From: Prochlorococcus sp. AG-347-L21 | GTDB lineage: Bacteria; Cyanobacteriota; Cyanobacteriia; PCC-6307; Cyanobiaceae | Direction of reading: 5' to 3' | DNA length: 64,000 nucleotides | Assembly (NCBI GenBank): GCA_003278875.1 | Contig: QCCQ01000001.1 | Location: forward strand, 54,409-118,408 | Part shown: positions 25,387 to 39,050 of the stretch, piece after piece | How the letters are laid out: each line of letters starts with the position of its first letter | Position numbering within the stretch: the first letter of the stretch is position 1 | The notes under the pieces: generated by a model | Database searches by the model: none | The model's input: the letters and a program-made list of their open reading frames with translations, nothing else | Told to the model about the DNA's origin: nothing | Made by a program: the position numbers and the translations under genes

Positions 25387-25623
25387 TTAGCCTGGAAGTA
25401 AATCTGGTTGATCTTGTTCATCGCTCAGTTCAATAATTGACCTCTGAACAGGTTTAATAGTTGACTCCTCCAATAAGCCATCAAAATCATCAAATCTTCT
25501 TTGTTTTGCTCTGAAAGCAATTTTCACAGTGGTTAAATATCTATTAGTTGATTCTCTTATTAAGCTTTCACCTCTCTTTGCAAGATCATTTGAATCGATT
25601 CCTGCATTATTTGTTATTTTCAT
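25387..25623 (-). CDS. rpoZ: RNA polymerase omega subunit
   Basis: [26 protein letters not shown]. Confidence 0.9.
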   Translation of the reverse strand: MKITNNAGIDSNDLAKRGESLIRESTNRYLTTVKIAFRAKQRRFDDFDGLLEESTIKPVQRSIIELSDEQDQPDLLPG

Positions 25624-25720
25624 TAAAAAAATTTTTTTACTATAAAATATATTTTACTGTTTACTCGACCGTTTTTAAACATAAATTAAAAAAAAACTTA
25701 ATTGATTCTAATAATCTCAC

Positions 25721-27289
25721 ATGGAAGAAAATTTATCTGGAACACTTGCAATTGATTTAGGAAACACTAATACTGTAATAGCTTTTCAAGATCAAAAAGA
25801 TATCAATTCTATTTTAGTTGAAATACCAAACATTACATCATCTCCAGGGGTTATTCCTACAGCCCTTTGGTTCGAGGAACCTTCGAAGATTCCTAAAATT
25901 GGGCTTAGTGCTCTAAAGATGAGGGATAACTCAAATTCTGACTTGTTTTTTCATTCGAATTTTAAAAGATTAATTGGAAATTCTATTGAAAAAATTAACC
26001 AAAAAAGTCTCTTAAACCCAAATGAATGTGGCGAAAAATTTTTTCAAATTTTGTGGGCAAGCATTCCTCACAAATATGAAATAAAAAGACTTGTTTTAAC
26101 TGCTCCAATAGATACATACAAGGGTTATAGAAAATGGTTAGTCAACCTTTGCGAAGAAATATCCGTAGATGAAATAGCCCTAGTTGATGAGCCTACCGCT
26201 GCAAGTTTAGGAATAAATATACCATTTGGCTCGAAAATCATGACACTAGATATTGGAGGAAGTACAATCGATATGAATATAGTCAAAATAGAGGGAGGAG
26301 AAGGCAAATCTGGACCAATAGCTGAACTATTAAAATTTAAAGGTAATGATGTAAGCTCAATTTCAAAACAAAAAATAAGGTGTGCAGAAATAATTGGGAA
26401 AACAGGCTCAAAAATTGGTGGAAAAGATTTTGATCAATGGATAGTTAATTATTTTATTACTAGTAATAATTATGTTACCAATCTTCTAAAGGCAGAAGAA
26501 TTAAAATGTAAGCTCAGTTCATCTGCAATCAAATATGAAAATAAATATCCAATAAAATTATTTACTGAACAAAATCAAGAAAGAGAATTTTACCTTAGTA
26601 AAGAAATATTTGAGAAAATACTCATTGAAAATAATCTTCTTAATCACCTTAATTCTTTACTCAAAGATTTATTAAATCAAGCAAGAGGCAAATTTTGCAC
26701 GGTTGACGACTTAAATTCAATTGTTTTGGTTGGTGGAGGAACTCAAATACCATTGATCAAAGAATGGATTACAAAAAAAATTTCAAAGATTCAAATAAAG
26801 TCACCGCCACCTATCGAATCAATAGCTTTGGGAGCTTTAGCAATGACGCCGGGGGTAAAAATTAAAGACATATTAAACAAAGGATTATCTATAAGATTAT
26901 TTAACAAAAGAGAACAAAAACACTTTTGGCATCCAATTTTTAGTAGGGGTCAAACATGGCCGACAGAAAATCCATTTAAACTAATCCTTCAAGCCAGTAA
27001 TGATAATCAGAAAATATTTGAAATAATAATTGGAGAGACACAAAAAGAAAGATCATATGATGTTATTTTCGAAAATGGATTGCCAAAGTTATCAGAGGTC
27101 CAAAATGAAGAAGAAATTATAACATGGGAAAAAAAACCACTCAAAATAGTATTAGAAAATGAATCTAATATTGGAGAAGACAACTTAAAACTCTTTTTTA
27201 AAATCACGAAAAGTGCTGATTTATTTGTTAAGTGTTTTGATATTAAAGATGAATTTTTAGGCGAGTATAATTTAGGAAATATCTTCTGA
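25721..27289 (+). CDS. Hsp70/DnaK-like protein (short cyanobacterial type)
   Basis: AIDLGNTNT, DEPTAA, LDIGG.TID, GG.DFD, LVGGG.QIP. Confidence 0.88.
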   Translation: MEENLSGTLAIDLGNTNTVIAFQDQKDINSILVEIPNITSSPGVIPTALWFEEPSKIPKIGLSALKMRDNSNSDLFFHSNFKRLIGNSIEKINQKSLLNPNECGEKFFQILWASIPHKYEIKRLVLTAPIDTYKGYRKWLVNLCEEISVDEIALVDEPTAASLGINIPFGSKIMTLDIGGSTIDMNIVKIEGGEGKSGPIAELLKFKGNDVSSISKQKIRCAEIIGKTGSKIGGKDFDQWIVNYFITSNNYVTNLLKAEELKCKLSSSAIKYENKYPIKLFTEQNQEREFYLSKEIFEKILIENNLLNHLNSLLKDLLNQARGKFCTVDDLNSIVLVGGGTQIPLIKEWITKKISKIQIKSPPPIESIALGALAMTPGVKIKDILNKGLSIRLFNKREQKHFWHPIFSRGQTWPTENPFKLILQASNDNQKIFEIIIGETQKERSYDVIFENGLPKLSEVQNEEEIITWEKKPLKIVLENESNIGEDNLKLFFKITKSADLFVKCFDIKDEFLGEYNLGNIF

Positions 27290-27296
27290 AAGCAAG

Positions 27297-27833
27297 CTAT
27301 TCAAGAAAAACTCCCTCTTCATTATCAACATTTTTTAAACGTAAACTAATACTTTCAATTTTACTAGTTGGTACTTTTTTACCGCAAAAATCTGGTTGAA
27401 TAGGCAATTCTCTATGGCCTCTGTCTACCATCACTAATAGCATCACTCTTTGGGGTCTGCCCCATGAATATAAAGCATCCATTGCAGCTCTAATTGTTCT
27501 ACCTGTGAAAATTACATCATCAATTAAAAGAATTTCTTGTTTCTCAATTGGAGTTGGGATATCTGCAGCTTGTATCAGGCGAGTTCCAACTCTATTTTGA
27601 TCATCTCTATAAAAAGTTGGATCAATTGTTCCTTTTTTAACTCTTAAACCTGTTCTAGAAAATAATTCCTTTTCTAGTACTTCGGTCAGCTCAATTCCTC
27701 TAGTCGGGATACCAACCAACAGAAGGTTATCCAGTTTTTTTACTTTTTCAATAATTTCGGAAGTTAAACGCGAAATAGTTTTTCTAAGCTCAACTTCATT
27801 AAGTATTACAATCTTTTTTGTTTTCTCGGACAT
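27297..27833 (-). CDS. pyrR: Bifunctional pyr regulator/uracil phosphoribosyltransferase
   Basis: GIPTRG, D.TFYRDD, LIDDVIFTGRTIRAA, DRGHRELPI. Confidence 0.95.
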   Translation of the reverse strand: MSEKTKKIVILNEVELRKTISRLTSEIIEKVKKLDNLLLVGIPTRGIELTEVLEKELFSRTGLRVKKGTIDPTFYRDDQNRVGTRLIQAADIPTPIEKQEILLIDDVIFTGRTIRAAMDALYSWGRPQRVMLLVMVDRGHRELPIQPDFCGKKVPTSKIESISLRLKNVDNEEGVFLE

Positions 27834-27970
27834 AATTTATCAATAAATAAAATTCGTCTACTATTTTCTTAAATTAGCAAAAGCTAACTATGTTAAATAT
27901 AAATTGTTAAAGAGTAACCTTTGAAGCTAAATTTAAGGTTGGATCAGTTAAAAATGAATTTGATCTAAGT

Positions 27971-29593
27971 ATGTCAAAGATTAGCAGCAAAAATATAAAA
28001 AGAATAAGTGTTCCTCAGAGCCCTGTAGTTCTCGCAATACTAGATGGATGGGGATATCGAAAAGAAAAATTAAATAATGCTATACATAATGCCAGCACAC
28101 CAATTATGGATTCATTGTGGCATGCTTATCCCCACACTCTAATAAGTGCTAGTGGTTCTGATGTAGGTCTCCCAGATGGCCAAATGGGAAATTCAGAGGT
28201 AGGGCACCTTACCATTGGTTCGGGAAGAATAATACAACAAGAACTTGTAAGGATCTCAAATATTGTAAAAAATAATCAATTAGGCTTGGTAAATGAGTTA
28301 AAAGATATGGCTGATTCATTAAAGAAAAATAATTCTACTCTACATATCACGGGATTATGTTCAGATGGAGGAGTTCATAGTCATATCGATCATTTATTAG
28401 GTTTAATAAAATGGGCATCTGATAATGAAATCAAAAAAGTGGCAATCCATATTATTACCGATGGGAGAGATACTCCGGCAAAAAGTGCCTCTAAATATCT
28501 AAATCAAATAGAATCATGCATAAAAAAATTTAATACAGGCGAAATAGCTTCCATATGTGGAAGATACTGGATAATGGATAGAAATCTATTATGGGATAGG
28601 ACACAAAAAGCATATTCTAATTTAACTGATCCAGATATTCCAATATCAAGTATTTGTCCTCAGGATTATATAAAAAAAAGTTATGCCAAAAACATAACCG
28701 ATGAATTTATAGAGCCCATACGTATGTCTGGAAACTACCTTAAGGATGGTGATAGTTTGATTTGCTTTAACTTTCGTCCAGACAGAGCAAGACAAATAGT
28801 TAAATCCCTTTCAAGCAAAAAATTCTCAGACTTTGAAAGAAAAAATCATCCAAATCTAGATTTTGTCACTTTTACTCAATATGATCCGGACTTTCCCGTT
28901 AAAGTTGCATTTCCTCCTGAATCTCTTAATAATTTTATAGGCCAAATAGTATCAGAAAACGGACTTAAACAATACAGAACCGCGGAAACTGAAAAATATC
29001 CTCACGTAACATATTTTTTCAATGGGGGAGTTGAAATTCCTTTACCTGGAGAAGAGAGACATTTGATTCCATCTCCAAGAGTTGCAACTTATGATATGGA
29101 ACCCGAAATGTCTGCGGAGGAATTAACTATTAGTTGCTCTAAAGCAATTAAAAGTGGGAATTATGCTTTTGTTGTAATTAATTTTGCCAATCCTGATATG
29201 GTTGGTCACACAGGCAACATGGATGCAACAGTTAAAGCTATAGAAAAAGTAGATAAATGTGTAGGTCAAATAGTTAATGCTACTGGAGAAATGGGTGGAA
29301 GCATTCTTATTACAGCCGATCATGGTAATGCAGAAGTAATGAAAGGAGCTGAAGGTGAACCATGGACAGCACATACAACAAATAAAGTTCCACTAATATT
29401 GATTGAGGGTGAAAAAAGAAAAATACCAAATATGGGAAATGAAATTAATTTAAGAGATAATGCCGGCTTAGCAGATATTGCTCCCACTTTATTGCAATTA
29501 TTAAATCTCCCAATACCAAGAGAAATGACAGGCAAATCTCTTATTCAAGAAATTGAATTAAAAGGTTATAATAAGGTTGTTCAACACGTTTAA
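27971..29593 (+). CDS. gpmI: 2,3-BPG-independent phosphoglycerate mutase
   Basis: [49 protein letters not shown]. Confidence 0.97.
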   Translation: MSKISSKNIKRISVPQSPVVLAILDGWGYRKEKLNNAIHNASTPIMDSLWHAYPHTLISASGSDVGLPDGQMGNSEVGHLTIGSGRIIQQELVRISNIVKNNQLGLVNELKDMADSLKKNNSTLHITGLCSDGGVHSHIDHLLGLIKWASDNEIKKVAIHIITDGRDTPAKSASKYLNQIESCIKKFNTGEIASICGRYWIMDRNLLWDRTQKAYSNLTDPDIPISSICPQDYIKKSYAKNITDEFIEPIRMSGNYLKDGDSLICFNFRPDRARQIVKSLSSKKFSDFERKNHPNLDFVTFTQYDPDFPVKVAFPPESLNNFIGQIVSENGLKQYRTAETEKYPHVTYFFNGGVEIPLPGEERHLIPSPRVATYDMEPEMSAEELTISCSKAIKSGNYAFVVINFANPDMVGHTGNMDATVKAIEKVDKCVGQIVNATGEMGGSILITADHGNAEVMKGAEGEPWTAHTTNKVPLILIEGEKRKIPNMGNEINLRDNAGLADIAPTLLQLLNLPIPREMTGKSLIQEIELKGYNKVVQHV

Positions 29594-29615
29594 AGTTAAT
29601 AAAAGTTTTTAAGCA

Positions 29616-29843
29616 ATGATTGAAATTATTAGTTGGATATGGGTTTTTTCTGGAGTTCTTCTCATTCTTTTAGTTTTACTTCATAGTCCTAAAGGTGATG
29701 GAATGGGAGGCATAGCTGCAAGTGGAAGTTCTATGTTTAACAGCGCAAGTAGTGCAGAGGCCTCTTTAAATAAAATAACCTGGATTTTTTTAGTGATATT
29801 TTTATCTCTCGCAATTATTCTAAGCGCTGGTTGGATTTCATAA
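29616..29843 (+). CDS. secG: Preprotein translocase SecG
   Basis: VLLHSPKGDGMGG, F.SA.SAE..LNKITW. Confidence 0.93.
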   Translation: MIEIISWIWVFSGVLLILLVLLHSPKGDGMGGIAASGSSMFNSASSAEASLNKITWIFLVIFLSLAIILSAGWIS

Positions 29844-29852
29844 AAGTCAAAT

Positions 29853-29884
29853 AAAAAAGGACCATTTTTGAATGATCCCTTTTA
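29853..29884. terminator. Bidirectional terminator between secG and groEL
   Basis: AAAAAAGGACCATT..AATGATCCCTTTT imperfect hairpin between convergent genes. Confidence 0.55.
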
Positions 29885-29912
29885 AAAATTCATTAAAAAT
29901 ACTATTGCTTAG

Positions 29913-31577
<1,665 letters not shown>

Positions 31578-31600
31578 TTAATAATTTTTGAAAAAATATT

Positions 31601-31912
31601 TTAGCTTACTACAGCTAAAATATCTTTTTCTGAGAGTAAGACATATTCATCTCCTCCCAATTTAATGTCTGTTCCAGCATATTTGCTGTACAAAACTTTA
31701 TCGCCAATACTCACTTCTGGAGTTTGTCGAGAACCATCGTCATTAAGTTTGCCAGGACCAACCTGAGCGACTTCTCCGACCTGTGGTTTTTCTTTAGCTG
31801 AATCAGGCAAAAGAATGCCCCCAGCCGTCTTTTCCTCAGATGCGGAAACTTTAATAAATATTCTATCTCCCAGTGGTTTTACTGTAGAGACTGTAAGTGA
31901 AACAGCTGCCAT
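31601..31912 (-). CDS. groES: Co-chaperonin GroES
   Basis: [29 protein letters not shown]. Confidence 0.99.
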
Positions 31913-32030
31913 AAATTAATGGAGGATCATAATTTGGGACGCTTTGCGTCATAAAAATGGAAAGAGAAATTCTCGATCCCTATCTTCAACAACATAATCT
32001 GCAAAGCGGCAATTGAACCATACTTAAACT

Positions 32031-32046
32031 GTGCGGGTGGCCGAAC
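32031..32046 (-). promoter_or_regulatory. K-box upstream of groESL
   Basis: Minus strand GTTCGG-CCAC-CCGCAC fits the cyanobacterial K-box GTTCGG-NNAN-CCNNAC. Confidence 0.8.
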
Positions 32047-32129
32047 CCATTTAACGAATCGGCCCATGAGGTGGTAGTATTTTCGGATTATGAGCTGTTT
32101 AAAATCAGCTATTCATCACCAATCAATAA

Positions 32130-33593
<1,464 letters not shown>

Positions 33594-33637
33594 ATATTTG
33601 AATATTAAAATATTTAATCCACAATAAACTTAAAGTA

Positions 33638-34042
33638 ATGGCAATTTCCCTAAAAGTTTTAGCTCCTAATAAAAATGTTTATCAAGGCGAAGCTGAAGAA
33701 GTAATCCTTCCTAGTACCACTGGTCAACTTGGTATACTACCTGGACATATCTCTTTAGTTACTGCTATAGATATTGGTGTTTTAAGGCTAAGAATGAATT
33801 CCCAATGGAAATCAATAGCTCTAATGGGAGGCTTCGCTGAAATTGAATCAGATGAAGTCGTAGTTTTAGTAAATAATGCTGAAATTGGGTCTGAGATAAA
33901 TGTTCAGAATGCTGAACAAGATCTCAAAGAAGCAAAATTAGCAATAAGCAAATTTTCTGAAAATGAAAAAAATCCCGAAAAATTCAAAGCCTTGAAAGAG
34001 GTTTCTAAGGCTGAGGCAAGGATTCAAGCTGCAAAAAACTAA
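33638..34042 (+). CDS. atpC: ATP synthase F1 epsilon subunit
   Basis: [19 protein letters not shown]. Confidence 0.97.
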   Translation: MAISLKVLAPNKNVYQGEAEEVILPSTTGQLGILPGHISLVTAIDIGVLRLRMNSQWKSIALMGGFAEIESDEVVVLVNNAEIGSEINVQNAEQDLKEAKLAISKFSENEKNPEKFKALKEVSKAEARIQAAKN

Positions 34043-34045
34043 TAT

Positions 34046-34522
34046 TTAAGCGGTTCCACAAAAAGTTACTTCGGGAAACTTTAATTTAGCTTCTTCTAAT
34101 TTCTTTGTTTTACCTTCTTCTTGCCAATAATTTATTACTTCAGTAGCTTTATTCAATATTTCTATTCTTTCGCTATCTGTAATCCAACCTTTATTTTCTA
34201 ATTCACTTTTTAATTTTTCCCAAGCATCATCTCTTGGCCAAAAATAATACGCAGTTAGAGGACTTGGTCCCCCGCCTACTATTTGATCGACTGCTAAAGC
34301 AACATTATCAGGTAACCACAATACTTTAATTATGAATCTTCCTTCATCAGGTTTAGGAGTATAACCAGTAGGTACTCCATCTTCATCAATTGTTGCAGCT
34401 GCTAGTACAGCTGTGGCACCCATCATTCCTGAATTAGGGGAAGAATTTTTAGACTTTGGTGCATCACTATTTTTTTCCTTTTTTTCTGTTGAATTTTGAT
34501 TTAACTTATCTGGTGAGGACAT
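34046..34522 (-). CDS. ycf65: Plastid-specific 30S ribosomal protein PSRP-3 (Ycf65); start may be downstream
   Basis: [24 protein letters not shown]. Confidence 0.9.
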   Translation of the reverse strand: MSSPDKLNQNSTEKKEKNSDAPKSKNSSPNSGMMGATAVLAAATIDEDGVPTGYTPKPDEGRFIIKVLWLPDNVALAVDQIVGGGPSPLTAYYFWPRDDAWEKLKSELENKGWITDSERIEILNKATEVINYWQEEGKTKKLEEAKLKFPEVTFCGTA

Positions 34523-34629
34523 TCACTTAATTTATGTTTAATAAATAATTTATCAGTTTATGGTCACATTTTGATTGATTTATTCAAAATTTCATGATTT
34601 TAGTTATTGATACTTTTTTGATAGGATTT

Positions 34630-34788
34630 TTATCTATCATGAGATACTTTATAAAAGTCATAAATTGTAGCTTCCAATGAATCCCAAAGATCTTTAGGGA
34701 TATCGTTTTCTTCTGCAAACATACCAAGCTGACTAGCTAAGCCTCTCGCTTGAGAGAGTTTCAAATCATATGAATCTGACTTATTCAT
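34630..34788 (-). CDS. 52-aa conserved hypothetical protein
   Basis: Manual translation MNKSDSYDLKLSQARGLASQLGMFAEENDIPKDLWDSLEATIYDFYKVSHDR. Confidence 0.7.
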   Translation of the reverse strand: MNKSDSYDLKLSQARGLASQLGMFAEENDIPKDLWDSLEATIYDFYKVSHDR

Positions 34789-34842
34789 TTTTAAGCTCTA
34801 AACTTTATAAAAAATAAAACTATTAACTGGATAAGTCAAATT

Positions 34843-36168
34843 TTAAAATTCTAAATCGGAAATTTCTTTTAGTGCTGCAATACTTAAAACTTCTGGCTTT
34901 TCATCTGTGACCAGAACATCATCTTCTATTCTTATCCCGATGCCTTTCCATTTCTCGTCAATGAGGGGTTGTCCGTCAGGAACTGGGATCCTGTCACTGA
35001 TATAAATCCCAGGTTCTACTGTAAGAATCATTCCGTTCTGTAATGGCACTTCATAGTCTCCCATTCTGTATGCTCCAACATCATGAACATCTAAACCAAG
35101 CCAATGTCCAGTTCTATGCATGTAAAGATGTTTATAAGATTGATTCTCAATTATCTCCTCAGTGCTGCCAGACAATAAACCAATTTCTTTTAATCCCTCT
35201 ATCAGAGTTGTTAAAGCAACATTATGAACAGAACTAGAATTCGATCCCTTAACAGCACTTTTAATTGCATTTTTCTGCGCACTCAATACAATTTCATAGA
35301 TAATTTTTTGCTCACTAGAAAATTTACCGCCTATTGGAATAGTTCTTGTTATGTCTCCATTGTAATAATCAGTTAATGAGCAGCCAGCATCCACCAACAA
35401 TAAATCTTCCTTCTTCAAGGGTGAGTTATTTGCAGTGTAGTGCAAAATACATGCATTATCTCCTGAAGCAACAATAGAGTTATAAGCTGGTCCTCTCGCC
35501 CCTTTTTCCAAAAAGAACCCCTCCAGAAGACCCTGAATTTGTCTTTCATTTTTCTTTGATGAGATAGATTCTCTAACTAATTCATGAGCTTCTGCTGAAA
35601 TTCGTATAGCCTCCCTCATTCTCTTAATCTCAAATTCACTTTTAATTAATCTCATCTCATTTAAATAAATTTCTGGAGATTTTATGGAATTTGCTCCAAT
35701 CCCTGATCTTGAGCGATTTTCAAGTTGTTGCGAAAATACATCAAGAACTAGTTTCTCTATTATGGGATGCTTCCCAATTGAAAAAACAAGTTCATCAGAG
35801 CCATTTATGTAACTTGGGAGTAAATCTCTTAATTCGTTTATTGAGTGAGCCTTATCAGCATTAAACTCTTTTTCAGCCCCTTCTAAACCCCATCTAAAGC
35901 CATGCCAGACTTCACTTATAACATCTTTAGGAGCGACAAACATAATAAATCTCTCTCCCTTTGGCTTATGTGATAAGAAAAGTGCAATTGCATCCGGCTC
36001 ATCAAAACCAGTTAAATACCAAAAATTACTATCTTGTCTAAAAGGATATTCACAATCAGCATGATGCCTTACAAGATTAGCTCCTGGGATAATGGCAGCT
36101 TTTCCATCTAATTTATTTAAGAAAATTTCTCTTCTTTCTTCAAAAACTTTATTGTCAGGTTCAAACAT
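34843..36168 (-). CDS. pepP: Xaa-Pro aminopeptidase
   Basis: FRQDSNF.YLTG, LVDAG, DITRT, H..GHWLGLDVHD, EPG.Y, GIRIEDD. Confidence 0.96.
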   Translation of the reverse strand: MFEPDNKVFEERREIFLNKLDGKAAIIPGANLVRHHADCEYPFRQDSNFWYLTGFDEPDAIALFLSHKPKGERFIMFVAPKDVISEVWHGFRWGLEGAEKEFNADKAHSINELRDLLPSYINGSDELVFSIGKHPIIEKLVLDVFSQQLENRSRSGIGANSIKSPEIYLNEMRLIKSEFEIKRMREAIRISAEAHELVRESISSKKNERQIQGLLEGFFLEKGARGPAYNSIVASGDNACILHYTANNSPLKKEDLLLVDAGCSLTDYYNGDITRTIPIGGKFSSEQKIIYEIVLSAQKNAIKSAVKGSNSSSVHNVALTTLIEGLKEIGLLSGSTEEIIENQSYKHLYMHRTGHWLGLDVHDVGAYRMGDYEVPLQNGMILTVEPGIYISDRIPVPDGQPLIDEKWKGIGIRIEDDVLVTDEKPEVLSIAALKEISDLEF

Positions 36169-36242
36169 AAATTCTGTATTGGCGTGTTTTTAAAAAAAAT
36201 GGAAGAATGAATTAAAACAGATTTAGTAACTAATCTACTTTA

Positions 36243-37226
36243 ATGGAACCAAGTGTTTACGGTTTATTTTTACTTATAATAATAATTTTAATTGGATCAG
36301 CATGTTGTTCGGGAGTAGAAGCAGCTTTTTTAGCCGTAAATTCAATTAGAGTTTTAGAAATTGCCTCTAAACAAAAGCCAAAAAGTTCTGCAAATCAACT
36401 TCTTAAACTTAGAAAACATCTTGGACGGACACTAACTGTAATTACTATAACCAATAATGGATTTAACATCATTGGAAGTCTTATTTTAGGAGTATACGGA
36501 GCATTAGTAATTAATAGTAGTTTTGGTTTAACCCTTTTTTCAATAGCTTTTTATATACTAGTTGTTTTAGTAGGGGAAGTTCTACCAAAAGCTCTCGGCA
36601 CAAGATTTTCAGTTCAAATAGCACTATTATCTGTCCCCATCTTGCGAATATTAAATACTTTAATGAGGCCATTCTTAATATTGATTGAACAAATATTTCC
36701 GGTTATTACAGCAGAAAACGAAATTTCAACTGATGAAGAAGAAATTAGACAAATGGCAAAAATTGGAAGTCAAAAAGGTTTAATAGAGGCTGATGAGGCA
36801 GCAATGATATTTAAGGTTTTTCAATTAAATGATTTAAAAGCTAAAGATTTAATGACCCCTAGGGTATCGGCACCTTGTCTTGATGGATCTTCAAATCTTG
36901 ATAAAATTTCAAAACTTATAATGTCTGACAGCTCTCCATGGTGGGTTATTTTGGGAGATAAAGTTGACAAAATACAAGGGGTAGTAAAGCGTGAAAAAAT
37001 GTTGGCAGAGTTAATTAATGGGGGAAATAAAAAATTATTATCAGAAATTTGCGAACCTGTGGACTACATTCCCGAAATGATTAAAGCAGATCAATTATTA
37101 ACTAAATTTGACAAGAATCATAAAGGAGTGAAAGTAGTAGTAGATGAATTTGGGGGATTCGTGGGAATTATTGGTGCAGAAGCTGTTTTATCTGTATTGG
37201 CCGGTTGGTGGAAGAATAAATCATGA
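36243..37226 (+). CDS. CNNM/DUF21-CBS domain protein
   Basis: S..E.AF, GEVLPK, MTPR, VVDEFGG. Confidence 0.9.
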   Translation: MEPSVYGLFLLIIIILIGSACCSGVEAAFLAVNSIRVLEIASKQKPKSSANQLLKLRKHLGRTLTVITITNNGFNIIGSLILGVYGALVINSSFGLTLFSIAFYILVVLVGEVLPKALGTRFSVQIALLSVPILRILNTLMRPFLILIEQIFPVITAENEISTDEEEIRQMAKIGSQKGLIEADEAAMIFKVFQLNDLKAKDLMTPRVSAPCLDGSSNLDKISKLIMSDSSPWWVILGDKVDKIQGVVKREKMLAELINGGNKKLLSEICEPVDYIPEMIKADQLLTKFDKNHKGVKVVVDEFGGFVGIIGAEAVLSVLAGWWKNKS

Positions 37227-38464
37227 AACAATTTAAAATTCAAGAAAATTATTTACTGTTAAAAAAATGGTGGGAGACAACTAATCTTACCAATTATGAA
37301 AAAAGTTTTCTTAATAGAGAAATAATTTCTTTTAATCAACAACTTTTAAGACTAAAAGAAAAAAAAATAAGAATTGGCGCATATGGCAAATCAGGTGTTG
37401 GAAAATCCTCTGTTTTAAATTCTTTATTAAAAAAAGACATATTCAAGACAGACATTATTAATGGGACTACAAAAGAAATACAATCGGAAACTTGGACTCT
37501 TAAAGATCAAACACTCAATAGTTTAGAGTTGCTAGATTCTCCAGGATTTGATTTCTGCAATATTAAATTTCCAGATAAAGTTTACTCTTACATAAATCAT
37601 TCAGATCTTATTTTTTTTATAGTTACGGGAGATTTAAATAGAAATGAGTTAAATGAAATCAGCTCATTCATAAAAGATGGAAAAAAAATTATATTAATTT
37701 TAAACAAAATCGATCTATATAATAAAAAAGAGTTAAAAGAAATAATTGAAAATATAAAGTTTAAGCTTCCAAAAGATTTAAATATTCCAATAATTATCAA
37801 TCATGAAAACAATCTTAAAAATTACATAGCGAAATTTATCAATCAATATGGTGAGATACTATTAACCCTAAATTCTATTCAATTAGCTGACAAATTATTT
37901 CTGCGAATAAAAGAGCAAAGATTGAAAAGAAGGCAGAAATTAGCTCAATCAACTATTGGTAAATTTTCGACTATAAAGGCATCCGCAGTAGCTCTTAATC
38001 CTTTTATTTTATTTGATGTTGCTGGGAGTTTCGCACTTGATACTGCATTGATTAGTGAATTAAGTAAGATTTATGACTTAAAATTGAAAGGTGAATCTAC
38101 AAGAAAAATATTTAAAAATATATCCATTAATAATTTATACTTGGGCGTAACTCAAGTCGGTATCAATACCTCTTTCAACTTTATTAAGAAGGTAATTTTA
38201 TTATCGGCACCTTTCACTAATGGGCTCTCATTATTACCCTATGGACCCGTAGCAATTATTCAAGCAGCAATTGCTGTGCATTCTACAAAAATCCTAGGGA
38301 AATTAGCCGCAAAAGAGATAGTTATAAGAAGCAAAGCCTCTTTTATAGAACCCGCTAATATGATCCAAAACATGACTTTTAATGACCCAGATATTTTTAA
38401 CCACATAAATATTTATTTTTCAAATAGAAATTTAAATAATAATTTTGTTAGCATTCTGCCTTAA
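37223..38464 (+). CDS. GTP-binding protein with DUF697-like C-terminus
   Basis: GKSGVGKSS, GTT, DSPG, NKID. Confidence 0.85.
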   Translation: MKQFKIQENYLLLKKWWETTNLTNYEKSFLNREIISFNQQLLRLKEKKIRIGAYGKSGVGKSSVLNSLLKKDIFKTDIINGTTKEIQSETWTLKDQTLNSLELLDSPGFDFCNIKFPDKVYSYINHSDLIFFIVTGDLNRNELNEISSFIKDGKKIILILNKIDLYNKKELKEIIENIKFKLPKDLNIPIIINHENNLKNYIAKFINQYGEILLTLNSIQLADKLFLRIKEQRLKRRQKLAQSTIGKFSTIKASAVALNPFILFDVAGSFALDTALISELSKIYDLKLKGESTRKIFKNISINNLYLGVTQVGINTSFNFIKKVILLSAPFTNGLSLLPYGPVAIIQAAIAVHSTKILGKLAAKEIVIRSKASFIEPANMIQNMTFNDPDIFNHINIYFSNRNLNNNFVSILP

Positions 38465-38471
38465 AACTTAA

Positions 38472-39050
38472 ATGAGAAAAAGCATTGCATTATTTGGTAC
38501 TAGTGCAGATCCACCTACCATTGGACATAAAAAAATACTTGAAGAATTATCCAAAATATATGCTTTTACAATTGGTTATGTTAGCAACAACCCCAACAAA
38601 AACCACAAAGAGGATATCTCAATTCGTAGCCATTTATTAAGAACTCTTATTGAAGATTTAGATAATCCTAAAATTGTATTTAATCAAAGTGTTAGTAGCC
38701 AATGGGCAGTAGAGTCAATTAAAAAATGTAAAAGAATTTATGAATTAAATAATTTAGATTTTGTTATTGGGAGCGATTTAATTAAAGATATTTTTAAATG
38801 GAAAAATTTTAATAAAATTGCTGATGAGGTTAGTTTTTTAGTAATTTTAAGAGAGGGATATCCTGTTGAGTCTAATACTCTTAAAATGTTAAAAGCTTAC
38901 AAAGTGAAATTTAAGATTTCAACCATAAAAATCCCAAACATTTCAAGTTCTAAGCTAAGGTCAAATTTTAATTATTCTAATTTACCAACTTCATTAATAG
39001 ATATTGTTAAAAAGAATAATTTATATGAATCCACTAAATTAGTTGAATGA
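38472..39050 (+). CDS. nadD: Nicotinate-nucleotide adenylyltransferase
   Basis: FGTSADPPT.GH, VIGSD, ISSS.LR; next to nadE. Confidence 0.93.
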   Translation: MRKSIALFGTSADPPTIGHKKILEELSKIYAFTIGYVSNNPNKNHKEDISIRSHLLRTLIEDLDNPKIVFNQSVSSQWAVESIKKCKRIYELNNLDFVIGSDLIKDIFKWKNFNKIADEVSFLVILREGYPVESNTLKMLKAYKVKFKISTIKIPNISSSKLRSNFNYSNLPTSLIDIVKKNNLYESTKLVE